In this document: piece after piece, positions 46,345 through 55,907 of the stretch | Numbering within the stretch: the first letter of the stretch is position 1 | Layout of the letters: every line of letters starts with the position of its first letter | Assembly (NCBI GenBank): GCA_040830765.1 | Contig: JBFOMH010000007.1 | Coordinates: 4,563 to 68,562, forward strand | Direction of reading: 5' to 3' | Length of the DNA stretch: 64,000 nt | Source of the DNA: Puniceicoccaceae bacterium | GTDB taxonomy: Bacteria; Verrucomicrobiota; Verrucomicrobiia; Opitutales; Oceanipulchritudinaceae | Made by a program: the position numbers and the translations under genes | The notes under the pieces: generated by a model | What the model was told of the DNA's origin: nothing | The model's input: the letters and a program-made list of their open reading frames with translations, nothing else | The model's database searches: none

Positions 46345-47754
46345 TCACCCGTAAACTATCGGATCGAACTGCTTCTCGATCTGGAGACGAAAGTTGTCCA
46401 CGGAATCAATGACATCCATAGCCTTCAACTGGTAGGCGGCATTGCCAATGATGGCGGCCTCTGTCGGGATGGCGCAGACCTGGCGGCCACTGCGTTCAGA
46501 GATGGCGCGGCAGAGATTGGTATTCTTGGCCCCTCCCCCGATGATGACGATACGCTTGAAGGACTTGCCGAGGGAACTCTCGAAATTGTTCATCGACTCG
46601 GCAATGCTCTGGGCAATCGATTCGGCGGCCAGCTTGAGGTAGCCAGGGAGCGTCTGCGGCTTGTCATACCCGAAGTCAGCCAGCTGCTTGTCGACCGCGA
46701 CCTGCATGTCCTTCGGGTTGAAGAGGGCCTCGTCGGTAGTGTCGAGAACATAGTCCGGTCGCGGAATTTTCGCTACCGCTTCATCCAGCTGCATCCACTC
46801 CTCGGCGCTGGACGGCTTGGCCTGGAAGCTCTCGAGGAGCTTTTCCACCAGCCAGAGGCCGAGGAGGATTTTTGTTGGCCGGAAGGCACCGTTACCGCAA
46901 CGTTCGTGGGAGATGCCCTGGGAGAGCCCCTTGTCGACCGGGAAGGGCTTGTCGGAGAAGCAGCCTGCGAGGCACCATGTGCCGGTGCTGACAATGAAGT
47001 CGTCGTCCGTTACCCCAGGCGCGCCTTCAAAGGCACAGGAAGTGTCGTGCCCGGGAACGAGGGAGACCGCGAGTCCGGAAAGGCCGCGTTCGCCGGTGAT
47101 GTTACCCAATCGCTTGCCTGCCGTTGCGGGACCGTAAAACCATGATTCCGGGATGCCCAGTTCATCCATCAGGCCGTTGGCGAACGTGCACCCATCAAGG
47201 GCCAGCAACTGGGAGGTACTGGCGATGGATACCTCGTTCAGCATGGAGCCGCTGAGCAGGTAGTTGACATAATCCGGCAGCCACAGACACCGTTTGACGG
47301 CCTCCCGCAAGGAGGGCATCGCCTGCAGGGTCTCCATTAACTGGAAGGTCGTGTTGTAGACAACCACGGGAATCCCGGTATGTTCATACATGTGCCGCGC
47401 CTGCTCGGAATTCGGTTCCGGCAGGATCGGCCGTGTCCGTTCATCGCGGTAAGAATAAATCGGATGAGCCAGCCGGCCGTCCTCGAGGACCAGGGCACAA
47501 TCAACGCCCCAAAAATCGACTCCGCAGGAGGCAAGGCTCTTTACCTCGCGTCGTGCGGCCTGCAATCCCTGGACAATTTCCCGGAATAGACTGCCCGGTT
47601 GCCAGTAGTAGTGGTTGCCCAGCTTTTCAAAGCCGTGGGAAAATCGATGGGTCTCGGTGAGGTCGAGACGGGAACCGTCCCAGCGGACAAGAAACACGCG
47701 CCCGCTGGTGGCGCCCATATCGACAGCGGCAACAGTGGTCGGTGTAGCTGTCAT
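46345..47754 (-). CDS. rhaB: Rhamnulokinase (FGGY family)
   Basis: AAVDMGATSGRV, GVDFWGVDCAL, YSYRDERT, GHDTSCA, VSTGTWCLAG and IIGGGAKN. Confidence 0.88.
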   Translation of the reverse strand: MTATPTTVAAVDMGATSGRVFLVRWDGSRLDLTETHRFSHGFEKLGNHYYWQPGSLFREIVQGLQAARREVKSLASCGVDFWGVDCALVLEDGRLAHPIYSYRDERTRPILPEPNSEQARHMYEHTGIPVVVYNTTFQLMETLQAMPSLREAVKRCLWLPDYVNYLLSGSMLNEVSIASTSQLLALDGCTFANGLMDELGIPESWFYGPATAGKRLGNITGERGLSGLAVSLVPGHDTSCAFEGAPGVTDDDFIVSTGTWCLAGCFSDKPFPVDKGLSQGISHERCGNGAFRPTKILLGLWLVEKLLESFQAKPSSAEEWMQLDEAVAKIPRPDYVLDTTDEALFNPKDMQVAVDKQLADFGYDKPQTLPGYLKLAAESIAQSIAESMNNFESSLGKSFKRIVIIGGGAKNTNLCRAISERSGRQVCAIPTEAAIIGNAAYQLKAMDVIDSVDNFRLQIEKQFDPIVYG

Positions 47755-47760
47755 GGTGCC

Positions 47761-48756
47761 TTAGATTGAAAGGCCCAATTGACCAAACGCAACGCTGCGT
47801 TCCTCAACCAGCTCGGCATTGGAAGCGGCAATCTTCTCCTTGGCGTAGTCCGTCAGCTTGACACCTTCGACAACCCGCCAGTTGCCGACGGCATCCACTC
47901 GTATCGGCATGGAAGTAATGATGCCCTCGGGTGTTCCGTATTCACCTTTGGATATGACGCAGACGCTGTGGAAGCCACCCCGGGTGGGGTTGTTGAGATC
48001 GCGTACCGTGTCCACGACGGCATAGGCGGCGGAGGCGGCCGAGGAGGCCCCGCGGGCCTGGATAATCGCCGCGCCCCGCTTGCCGACAGTCGGGACAAAG
48101 GTTTCCTTGAGCCAGTCTTCGTCGGTGATGACCGCCGTGGCTGGCTGGCGGCCGATCTTGGCATTATAAAAATCCGGCCACATTGTCGGGCTGTGATTAC
48201 CCCAGACGCAGAGCTCGGTCACTTCCTTGACGGGGACCCCGGCCTTCTGGGCCAGCTGTGTCTTGGCCCGGTTCTCGTCCAGTCGGGTCATGGCGAAGAA
48301 TTGCTCATTAGGGATGTCCGGAGCGCTCTTCATGGCGATGAGGCAATTGGTGTTGCAGGGATTGCCAACCACCAGGACCCGGCAACTGCTCTTGGCGTTG
48401 TCATTGATAGCCTTCCCCTGGCCGACAAAAATCTTCCCGTTGATGCCGAGCAGGTCGGCGCGCTCCATGCCCGCCTTGCGCGGCACAGAACCCACCAGCA
48501 GCGCCCAGTCGCAGTCCTTGAACCCGACATTGAGATCGGACGTCTGGACAATCTCCTCCAGCAGCGGAAAAGCACAATCGTCCAGTTCCATAGCCACACC
48601 CTTGAGGGCGTCGAGGGCCGGCTCGATCTCGATCAGGTTCAGGGCCACCGGTTGGTCCGGGCCGAACATTTGGCCGGAGGCAATCCGGAACAGGAGGGCA
48701 TATCCAATGTTACCGGCAGCTCCGGTAACGGCGACGCGTATCGCTTCTTTTTTCAT
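47761..48756 (-). CDS. mdh: Malate dehydrogenase (type 2 MDH family)
   Basis: [29 protein letters not shown] (Arg at the specificity position), [23 protein letters not shown] and [10 protein letters not shown]. Confidence 0.92.
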   Translation of the reverse strand: MKKEAIRVAVTGAAGNIGYALLFRIASGQMFGPDQPVALNLIEIEPALDALKGVAMELDDCAFPLLEEIVQTSDLNVGFKDCDWALLVGSVPRKAGMERADLLGINGKIFVGQGKAINDNAKSSCRVLVVGNPCNTNCLIAMKSAPDIPNEQFFAMTRLDENRAKTQLAQKAGVPVKEVTELCVWGNHSPTMWPDFYNAKIGRQPATAVITDEDWLKETFVPTVGKRGAAIIQARGASSAASAAYAVVDTVRDLNNPTRGGFHSVCVISKGEYGTPEGIITSMPIRVDAVGNWRVVEGVKLTDYAKEKIAASNAELVEERSVAFGQLGLSI

Positions 48757-48775
48757 CTCAGTTGCTTAATAATGG

Positions 48776-49867
48776 TTAGCGCTTCAATTCGTTCATGATC
48801 ATGTCGGTGATCTGCTGGACAACAGCCTCGTCAACATCACCTGCGGGAGCCGGTTCCGTGGAGCAGCTGCAGGTACCCGGCTGCGGGTTCGAGTGCACGG
48901 TATGCTCCCCGATGTCGCACAGCTCGCATTCCTTCAGCTCATCCAGGCGGTAGTCCGGCATGCCCAGCTTCTTGCGCAGCTCAATCAGCTCCTTCAGCTT
49001 GTCGGTGCCGTATTGCTTGGGTCCGCCAATTTGCATGGCCACGGTGACCGTCTGGCAGAAAGCGTCGGTATTTTCCATCTTCCAATAGGCATCCTCGACA
49101 TCCTTGCCCCAGCAGATGACTCCGTGGTTCTGCATCAGGATGGACTGGTGCTTCTTGGCCAGCGCGCCGACTTCCCTCGCGTTCTCCGGCGTGCCGGGGG
49201 TCTGGTAGCTGGCGAGGCCGATTTCACCAAGGAAGACTTCCGGCTCTGGAATGAGGCAAGAGGGTGGCGTCACCCCGGCGACCGCGAAGGCTGTTGCATG
49301 GACCGGGTGGGCGTGGACACAGGACTTGGCCTTAGGCTCATTCTTCATGATGCCAAGGTGGGTGTTGACCTCGGAAGTCCGCGGCCGGGTTCCGGCAACC
49401 TGGTTGCCGTCGAGGTCCACCAGGCAAAGGTCGTCCGGGGTCATGAAACCCTTGGAAATCAGGGTCGGTGTGCAGAGAACGAGGTTGTCCCCTACCCGCA
49501 CGGTGATGTTACCGCCGTTACCGTCGACGTACCCCTTGTCCCAGATACGCTTGCCGATGTGGCAGATGCGTTCCTTGAGGGCCTGGATTTCCGGGGAATA
49601 AAAGAACTTCTCCAGCTCGGCTGCCGTCTTGGGATCCCCACCGGGCTTCCAGTTGTACTCCGCATCCGGCAGCACCGGCGTGTGGATCTTCACCGAGGAA
49701 CTGCTACCGCTCGACGCCTGCGGGGCTGCCGTTCCCGGCTTCACCTTGTGCTTGCGGAGGATATCCCGGGCCATCGGCGTGAACTTGGCATCCGCCGGAA
49801 GGGTCTTCAGGCAGGTGCCCTGGGCAATCATCTTTTCAAGATCTTTAGCTGTGTAGAATTTGCTCAT
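48776..49867 (-). CDS. Class II aldolase/adducin family (BMC-associated rhamnulose/fuculose-1-P aldolase)
   Basis: GNGGNITVR, TSEVNTH, CVHAHP and MQNHGVICWG; C-terminal amphipathic EAVVQQITDMIMNELK encapsulation-peptide-like helix. Confidence 0.88.
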   Translation of the reverse strand: MSKFYTAKDLEKMIAQGTCLKTLPADAKFTPMARDILRKHKVKPGTAAPQASSGSSSSVKIHTPVLPDAEYNWKPGGDPKTAAELEKFFYSPEIQALKERICHIGKRIWDKGYVDGNGGNITVRVGDNLVLCTPTLISKGFMTPDDLCLVDLDGNQVAGTRPRTSEVNTHLGIMKNEPKAKSCVHAHPVHATAFAVAGVTPPSCLIPEPEVFLGEIGLASYQTPGTPENAREVGALAKKHQSILMQNHGVICWGKDVEDAYWKMENTDAFCQTVTVAMQIGGPKQYGTDKLKELIELRKKLGMPDYRLDELKECELCDIGEHTVHSNPQPGTCSCSTEPAPAGDVDEAVVQQITDMIMNELKR

Positions 49868-49876
49868 GTTTCAAAA

Positions 49877-50170
49877 TTACGGGGTTTGAAATTTGTAGGT
49901 ATCCACCAGGGCCACGTTGATGGCGTCCAGCGGGATCGGAAAATCAAAGGGTTGGGTCGCTTCCGTGCCCTCCACATAAAGGATGACGTCGCCATCTCCA
50001 GCACCGAGGTTGTCATAGACAACGGGAGTCCAGCCATCGGCCACTCCGTCGGGATTCTTCCCGGACAACTCGTCCGGCCCCATCGGTGCCAGCACCAACC
50101 AGCGCGCCCCCTTGAACTGGGGAGCCGCATGACTCAGCGTGACCTTGCCTATGACGCGTCCGGGTTTCAT
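49877..50170 (-). CDS. BMC vertex protein (EutN/CcmL, BMC-P)
   Basis: MKPGRVIGKV...VVYDNLGAGDGDVIL...PLDAINVALVD. Confidence 0.88.
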   Translation of the reverse strand: MKPGRVIGKVTLSHAAPQFKGARWLVLAPMGPDELSGKNPDGVADGWTPVVYDNLGAGDGDVILYVEGTEATQPFDFPIPLDAINVALVDTYKFQTP

Positions 50171-50171
50171 C

Positions 50172-50426
50172 TCAGTCAACTAATCCGAGGACCTGGTTGC
50201 GGATCGGTGAGTGGTCGTCATGCACCGTCCCCTGCGACCATTGGCCATCCGTGGTGATAAAGACCCGCGTGTGTCGCCCGGCCCCAAAGGGATCAATGGC
50301 TGCAACCGGGTGGCCGGTCGCTTCGCCATTCTCGTCCACGGGTGTGCAAAGGACAATCTTCTGTCCCTTCAGGCTCGGGTGAGCTACCGTGGCTGTGGCG
50401 TGGCCGTCTACGCGGGCGAGTATCAT
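50172..50426 (-). CDS. BMC vertex protein (EutN/CcmL, BMC-P)
   Basis: MILARVDGHATAT...AAIDPFGAG...VLGLVD. Confidence 0.88.
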   Translation of the reverse strand: MILARVDGHATATVAHPSLKGQKIVLCTPVDENGEATGHPVAAIDPFGAGRHTRVFITTDGQWSQGTVHDDHSPIRNQVLGLVD

Positions 50427-50435
50427 GCGGTTGGG

Positions 50436-51881
50436 TTAAATGATGTTCAGCTGGTCCACCAGGGTGCAGCGGCGGAAGCGGGTGAATGTCCGGGGCGTGG
50501 TAATGCCCTCGCCCGTGGTGGTGGCAATGGAAAAGCTGATATAGCCTTCGCCGCCAAGTCCCAGTCCTGCCACGCAGGGACCGTTCTTGACGAACAAGGT
50601 GGTGTCCATCTCCCGGCCCATTGAGGTCATCCGGCTGACGTTCATGGTGTGAATCATCGCCGAGTGCTTGTATCCATGTTCCGATACCTTGGCCATCTGA
50701 ACCGCAGCATCAAAGTTTGGCGCGCGGACAATCGGCAGGAGCGGCATCATCTGTTCCTCGACAACGAAGAGGTCGTTCTCGTCCGTCTCGGCGATGAGCA
50801 TTTCCGTCTTGGGATTGATATTCAATCCGGCAATGGCCGCCAGCTTGGAGGCATCCGCACCGACATAGGCCCGGTTCAGGACAGCGTGCGAGCAACCGCC
50901 CCCGCCATCCTTGATATCAAAGACTTCCTTCTTGATGGCTTCCAGTTGGGTCTTGTTGAGGAGGACCGCACCAGCCCGTTGCATGGAGTCGATGAGTGCC
51001 TTGTAGCAATCACCGGAGGCAAAGACCTGCTTCTCCCCAATGCAGAGAAGGTTGTTGTCGTAGCCGCCACCGAGGATGATGTCGCGGGCCACCTTGTTCA
51101 TGTCCAGCGCCTTGCAGTCATCCACCACAACGGGCGGATTGCCGGGGCCGGCGCAGATGGCGCGCTTGCCGGTTTTCATCGCCGCATCGACGACCGCCGG
51201 ACCGCCGGTGATGCAGAGCAGGGCCACTTCGGGAGCGGCACACAGCTCGTTGAAGGAATCCAGGGTTGGCTTCTCGACGGTGCAAATCAGGTTGCTGATT
51301 CCGAGTTCCGCCTTGATGGCCTCGTTGAACTCATGCACCGCCATCGCTGCGCAGGCCGCTCCGCCCGGGTGCGGGTTGATGACCACCGCGTTGCCGGCCG
51401 CCACCATGTTGACAACGTTACCGGCAATCGTCGGGACCGAATGGGTCACCGGGGTAATGGCGCCGATCACGCCCCAAGGGGCGGATTCGTCCATCGTGAT
51501 GCCGGCGTCGCCACTCATGCCATGCGGGGCAAGGTATTCCGTCCCGAGGACATTGCGGATGCCCTGCAGCTTCTCGATCTTGTGATCAAGGCGGCCAATC
51601 TTTGTCTCTTCAAACTCGACCGTGCCCCAGCGAACCGCGTTGTCGGCACACATCTGCTTGACGATCTCCACCACCTTGGCTCTGCCGGCCCAGCCTTTTT
51701 GCTTCAGCTGCTCAAAGCCACCATGGGCTGCCTTTGCGGCCGATGCGGCGTCATCAAAGACGCCATGACGGCCCGGCTTGGATTGTATCGATGGTGTCAC
51801 CACAGTCGCGTTGGCGGACTGCAGCTTGCCCAGCACTTCTGTAACAACGCTGCGGATGTCTGCTTCACTCAGCTGACTCAT
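50436..51881 (-). CDS. CoA-acylating aldehyde dehydrogenase (PduP/EutE type), BMC cargo
   Basis: APWGVIGAITPVTH, TGGPAVV, AGPGNPP, DNNLLCIGEK and EQMMPLLP; N-terminal EP-like helix SEADIRSVVTEVLGKL. Confidence 0.92.
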   Translation of the reverse strand: MSQLSEADIRSVVTEVLGKLQSANATVVTPSIQSKPGRHGVFDDAASAAKAAHGGFEQLKQKGWAGRAKVVEIVKQMCADNAVRWGTVEFEETKIGRLDHKIEKLQGIRNVLGTEYLAPHGMSGDAGITMDESAPWGVIGAITPVTHSVPTIAGNVVNMVAAGNAVVINPHPGGAACAAMAVHEFNEAIKAELGISNLICTVEKPTLDSFNELCAAPEVALLCITGGPAVVDAAMKTGKRAICAGPGNPPVVVDDCKALDMNKVARDIILGGGYDNNLLCIGEKQVFASGDCYKALIDSMQRAGAVLLNKTQLEAIKKEVFDIKDGGGGCSHAVLNRAYVGADASKLAAIAGLNINPKTEMLIAETDENDLFVVEEQMMPLLPIVRAPNFDAAVQMAKVSEHGYKHSAMIHTMNVSRMTSMGREMDTTLFVKNGPCVAGLGLGGEGYISFSIATTTGEGITTPRTFTRFRRCTLVDQLNII

Positions 51882-51900
51882 TTTCGGCTACTCCTGTATC

Positions 51901-52215
51901 TTAACTGTTACTCGCCTCGTAGGTCTTCTTGCCCAGGATGCTCACGTTGTCGACAATGCCGACAATGGCCGCGTCCACCGGGACGGACTTGAGCCCGTCG
52001 GCTTGGCGGGCCGAGCTGCCCTGGGCGAACATGACCAGTTCCCCCTCGCCTGCACCCAGTGTGTCAATCGCCACGATGGTGTTGCTACCGGGTTTGAATT
52101 GGCTCGGGTTGTCCGGGTCCGCCAGCATTGGACGGACCATGAGGAGCTTGCGCCCCCGCATGCTGTCGTCCTTCTTCGTCGAGACGACGGAGCCTATGAC
52201 TTTACCCAAGTACAT
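51901..52215 (-). CDS. BMC vertex protein (EutN/CcmL, BMC-P)
   Basis: MYLGKVIGSVVSTKKD...VAIDTLGAGEGELV...GSSAR...PVDAAIVGIVD. Confidence 0.93.
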   Translation of the reverse strand: MYLGKVIGSVVSTKKDDSMRGRKLLMVRPMLADPDNPSQFKPGSNTIVAIDTLGAGEGELVMFAQGSSARQADGLKSVPVDAAIVGIVDNVSILGKKTYEASNS

Positions 52216-52220
52216 CGGTC

Positions 52221-52517
52221 CTACTTTTTGGCGGTTTTCTTCTTGGCCGGTACGACGGCGGCGATGTCATCGTGCGGACGCGCGATAACGTGGGCGCTGA
52301 TGACTTCACCGAGGTTGCCGGCTGCTTCAGCCCCCGCCTCGATGGCGGCCTTGACCGCGGCAACGTCGCCGGTGATGGTCGCGCTGACGAGCGCGCTGCC
52401 AATCCCCTTCATGGGACCGGCCAGCTGCACGTTGGCGGCCTTCAGCATCGCGTCGGTGCCCTGGACGAGGGCGGTGAGTCCTTTTGTTTCCAATATTCCA
52501 ATTGCTTGTTTAGCCAT
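52221..52517 (-). CDS. BMC hexamer shell protein (BMC-H)
   Basis: AIGILETKG...DAMLKAANV...GDVAAVKAAIEAG...HVIARPH. Confidence 0.93.
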   Translation of the reverse strand: MAKQAIGILETKGLTALVQGTDAMLKAANVQLAGPMKGIGSALVSATITGDVAAVKAAIEAGAEAAGNLGEVISAHVIARPHDDIAAVVPAKKKTAKK

Positions 52518-52558
52518 GATTATATGTGTTTAAATTTTTGTAGTGATTCGTTATTACA

Positions 52559-53740
52559 TTAGTTCTGAATAAGGCGGCTGACCTCCCGGGCGATGACGAG
52601 TTCTTCGTTCGCCGGAATGACGGCCACCTTGATGGTGGAGTCGGCTGTGTTGATGAAGCCCTCCTTGCCGCGGACGGTGGACCGGTTGGCCTCGTCGTCG
52701 ATACGGACCCCGAGGTCCTCCAGTCCGGCACAGACGCTGGCCCGGAGTTCAGGATTGTTTTCCCCGATACCGGCGGTGAAGGCGATTACCTCCAGGCCGC
52801 CCATCTTGAGGAAGAAGGAACCCGTCCAGTGGCGTATGCTGTCGATGAGCACGTCAATGGCGAGGTTGGCATCCGGATTGTCGTCATTCGCTGCGGCGAG
52901 GATGTCCCGCAGGTCATTGCTGATCCCGGACAACCCCAGCAGGCCGCTTTCCTTGGTCAACTGGCGCTCGGCTTCCTCGATGGAAAGTCCCAGCAACTTG
53001 CTGACATAGGGAACCGCCATCGAGTCGAGGTCGCCCACCCGGTTGTTCTGGGGCAGGCCGCTCTGCGGACTGAATCCCATGCTGGTACCGATGGCGACGC
53101 CGTTCTTGATGCCGGTAACCGAACTGCTTCCTCCCAGATGGCAGGAAATGGCCCGCAAAGGCGCTCCCGTGAACGGACTCGGCCCGTCAAGATAGAGCCG
53201 GCGAGTGCGTTCGGCAACGTCTTCGCGGTCCAGCAATTCGGCGGTCCGTTCAGCGATGAACTTGTGACTGGCCCCGTGGAATCCATAACGCTGGATGCCC
53301 AGTTCCCGCCATGCCTTCGGGATGGCGTAGGTCCGGGCCGCTTCCGGAATCCACTGGTAGAAGGCGGTCTCGAATAGAGCCACCCGTGGCACCTCGGGAA
53401 GCATCCGCTGGAAACAGCGAATTCCCTCGGCATAGGCCGGATTGTGGGCCGGAGCCACTTCGGCAAAGCCTTCCAGCGCCGCGAGAACGCGGTCATCCGC
53501 CGGAACGCAACCACTGAGGTCCTTGCCCAAAACCGTCTTGAAACCAACGGCGGCCAACTCCTTTCCAGAGCTGATGATGCCGTCGCCAACCAGGTTCTCC
53601 AGCATCTCCTCGATGCAGGGACTGTACTCGGTCACACGCTCATAGCCGCCCTCGGCGAGCAACTCCGCAGAGGAATCGCCCATCTCGAAGAGACGGTACT
53701 TGAACGAGGTCGAGCCCAGGTTGGCGACGAGTATCTTCAT
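52559..53740 (-). CDS. ackA: Acetate/propionate kinase family (probable lactate kinase step)
   Basis: MKILVANLGSTSFKY, APAHNP, FETAF, RYGFHGASH, CHLGGSSS and FTAGIGEN. The real start is 53740; the ORF track start is over-extended. Confidence 0.9.
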   Translation of the reverse strand: MKILVANLGSTSFKYRLFEMGDSSAELLAEGGYERVTEYSPCIEEMLENLVGDGIISSGKELAAVGFKTVLGKDLSGCVPADDRVLAALEGFAEVAPAHNPAYAEGIRCFQRMLPEVPRVALFETAFYQWIPEAARTYAIPKAWRELGIQRYGFHGASHKFIAERTAELLDREDVAERTRRLYLDGPSPFTGAPLRAISCHLGGSSSVTGIKNGVAIGTSMGFSPQSGLPQNNRVGDLDSMAVPYVSKLLGLSIEEAERQLTKESGLLGLSGISNDLRDILAAANDDNPDANLAIDVLIDSIRHWTGSFFLKMGGLEVIAFTAGIGENNPELRASVCAGLEDLGVRIDDEANRSTVRGKEGFINTADSTIKVAVIPANEELVIAREVSRLIQN

Positions 53741-53741
53741 C

Positions 53742-54020
53742 CTAGCCAATCCATTTACCGAGGACACCAAGGTCGTCGTGCGGACGCGGGATGACCTGCA
53801 CCGCAATGACTTCGCCGATCTGCCCGGCTGCTTCCGCACCGGCTTCGACGCCCGCCTTGACGGCCGCAACATCACCGGTGAAAAAGCCGGTCACGAGGCC
53901 GCTGCCGACCTTTTCCCAGCCGGTCATGGTGACATCAGCCGCCTTCAGGGCAGCGTCACTGGCCTCCATGAGGGTCACCAGTCCTTTACATTCAATAAGT
54001 CCTATAGCTTGTTTTGCCAT
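53742..54020 (-). CDS. BMC hexamer shell protein (BMC-H)
   Basis: AIGLIECKG...DAALKAADV...GDVAAVKAGVEAG...VIPRPH. Confidence 0.93.
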   Translation of the reverse strand: MAKQAIGLIECKGLVTLMEASDAALKAADVTMTGWEKVGSGLVTGFFTGDVAAVKAGVEAGAEAAGQIGEVIAVQVIPRPHDDLGVLGKWIG

Positions 54021-54044
54021 GATTGTAATCTCCCTTTCCTGGGT

Positions 54045-54308
54045 TTAGAAGAACTTCAGCAGGTCCTCATGCGGACGTGCCATGACGTGGGCGGCCACCA
54101 GCTCGCCAACACGGTTGGCTGCTTCGGCCCCAGCCTCGACGGCCGCCTTGACACTACCGACATCGCCTTTGACGAAGACGGTCAGCATTCCGGCACCGAT
54201 CGGGACTTGCTTCACAAGGCTGACATTCGCCGCCTTGACCATGGCGTCACTGGCCTCAATGGATCCAGTGAGCCCCTTTGTTTCGATCAATCCAATGGAT
54301 TCGCTCAT
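54045..54308 (-). CDS. BMC hexamer shell protein (BMC-H)
   Basis: SIGLIETKG...DAMVKAANV...[13 protein letters not shown]...HVMARPH. Confidence 0.93.
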   Translation of the reverse strand: MSESIGLIETKGLTGSIEASDAMVKAANVSLVKQVPIGAGMLTVFVKGDVGSVKAAVEAGAEAANRVGELVAAHVMARPHEDLLKFF

Positions 54309-54349
54309 TTTATTATTTGGGTTGTTGTTATCGTGTTAATTTGTGGAAA

Positions 54350-55030
54350 CTACTTGACCAGTTCGCAGGGCACATCCGGGCCGAAGCCACAGCAATTCCC
54401 CTCGTCTGTGTCGATGTGTACCTCCAGCTTGAAGGATGGATCCACGCGGACAAAAATGCGGTCGAAGGTGACACCCAGGTCACCCCCGACCTTCAGCTTC
54501 ATGAAACTCTTGTTCTCCACCCCGTAGTGGGCAGCGTCTTCCGGCGCCATGTGGACGTGCGGTGCCGCCCGGATGACCCCGTCTTCCATCTTCAGGAATC
54601 CGGCCGGCCCCATCAGCATGCAGCCCGGCGTCCCCTTGATGTCGCCGGAGTTGCGGATGGGAATGTTGAATCCGAGGGAAATGGCATCGGTGTAGGCCAG
54701 CTCAACCTGGTTGATATCCCGGCACGGTCCGAGGATGCGCAAATTGGAAATGACCCGGCTACGCGGGCCGATCAGAGTCACGGCCTCCTCCGCGGCATAC
54801 TGTCCCTCCTGGTAAAGCCACTTTTTGGGAGTCAATTGATGCCCCTTGCCAAACAACGTCTCCACCGCTTCCTGGGTCAGGTGACAATGGCGCGCACTGA
54901 TATTGACCACCAGGGGATTCGGGCCCGCTGCCTGTTTGGCCGGTTGTGGGCCCGCTTGCCGACGCAGGCTTTGACGCACAAGTTGCTCAATATGAGCACG
55001 ATCCAGAGGCAGTGTATTTGGGGAAGACAT
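54350..55030 (-). CDS. pduL: PduL-type phosphate acyltransferase
   Basis: VNISARHCHL, LYQEGQYAAEE, RILGPCR, IRNSGD, APHVHM and HIDTDEGN; N-terminal EP-like helix. Confidence 0.92.
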   Translation of the reverse strand: MSSPNTLPLDRAHIEQLVRQSLRRQAGPQPAKQAAGPNPLVVNISARHCHLTQEAVETLFGKGHQLTPKKWLYQEGQYAAEEAVTLIGPRSRVISNLRILGPCRDINQVELAYTDAISLGFNIPIRNSGDIKGTPGCMLMGPAGFLKMEDGVIRAAPHVHMAPEDAAHYGVENKSFMKLKVGGDLGVTFDRIFVRVDPSFKLEVHIDTDEGNCCGFGPDVPCELVK

Positions 55031-55125
55031 TTGGAAAATCTTTATTTGACCCCTATTTCCGCGTTTAATTCCAAATTAGTCAACATTTTCTTGCCATAAT
55101 TCACAGAATTTCCCAAATTTTCCAA
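55029..55125. promoter_or_regulatory. Divergent BMC/DeoR control region with repeated TTCCAA motif (candidate DeoR operators)
   Basis: TTGGAAAAT (55031-55039) and its exact reverse complement ATTTTCCAA (55117-55125) flank the region. A central TTCCAAAT lies at 55069-55076. Confidence 0.45.
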
Positions 55126-55127
55126 CA

Positions 55128-55907
55128 ATGCTAGCCCAAGAGCGCCAACAACGCATCCTTACCCTCCTCGAGGAGCGCGGCACCGTCCGCACGATTGACC
55201 TCGCGGAGGAGTTTGCGGTTACCGATGAGACAATCCGGCGCGACCTGCAATCCCTTGAGGAGAACCGCCAGTTGACCCGTATTCATGGCGGGGCCAGCAC
55301 CGTCAGCGGCCGGCCCAAGCTTCAGTCCTTCACCGAGCGGCGCACCCTCGAGATCGGAAAGAAGCAGCTCATCGCCAAGGCGGCTATCGACTTAATTGAA
55401 CCGGGCCAGACCTACGCTTTTGACAGCAGCACAACGGCCTTTGAGCTGGTTTCCATCCTGCCCGACCTCCCCTTCCGGGTCGTCACCAATGCCTATGCTG
55501 TCCTCGATCACCTGATCCGGATGGAGAATGTCGACCTTGTCTCGACCGGCGGGCGCTACGATCCCAAGACCCAGACCTTCATCGGTGGGGACAGCCACAC
55601 CGCCCTGCGGCGTTACCAGGTACACACCGCCTTCATCTCCTGTATCGGACTGGATGTTGGACGCGGCGCCAGTGAGGGATTTGAACAGCAGGCGATATTC
55701 AAGGAAATCCTCGTCCAGATCGCCCAGCAGGTGGTCCTCCTCGTCGACTCATCCAAACTGGGCCATCACTCCGAATACTACTTTGCGGGATTGCACAACC
55801 TTTCCATGGTTATTACGGATAATGAAGCGGACCCTGCCATTGTTGACCAATTGCGCAACCTCGGCTGCATTGTCCGGATAGCTGAGCCACTTGAAGAAAA
55901 CAAATGA
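55128..55907 (+). CDS. DeoR/GlpR family transcriptional regulator of the BMC locus
   Basis: ERQQRIL...VTDETIRRDL...RIHGGA HTH, followed by a DeoR C-terminal domain (FDSSTT, VTNA, STGG). Confidence 0.93.
   Translation: MLAQERQQRILTLLEERGTVRTIDLAEEFAVTDETIRRDLQSLEENRQLTRIHGGASTVSGRPKLQSFTERRTLEIGKKQLIAKAAIDLIEPGQTYAFDSSTTAFELVSILPDLPFRVVTNAYAVLDHLIRMENVDLVSTGGRYDPKTQTFIGGDSHTALRRYQVHTAFISCIGLDVGRGASEGFEQQAIFKEILVQIAQQVVLLVDSSKLGHHSEYYFAGLHNLSMVITDNEADPAIVDQLRNLGCIVRIAEPLEENK

Noticed and set aside
47761-48756. L-lactate dehydrogenase call based on BMC context
   Set aside because: The sequence has type-2 MDH motifs and Arg, not Gln, at the specificity position.
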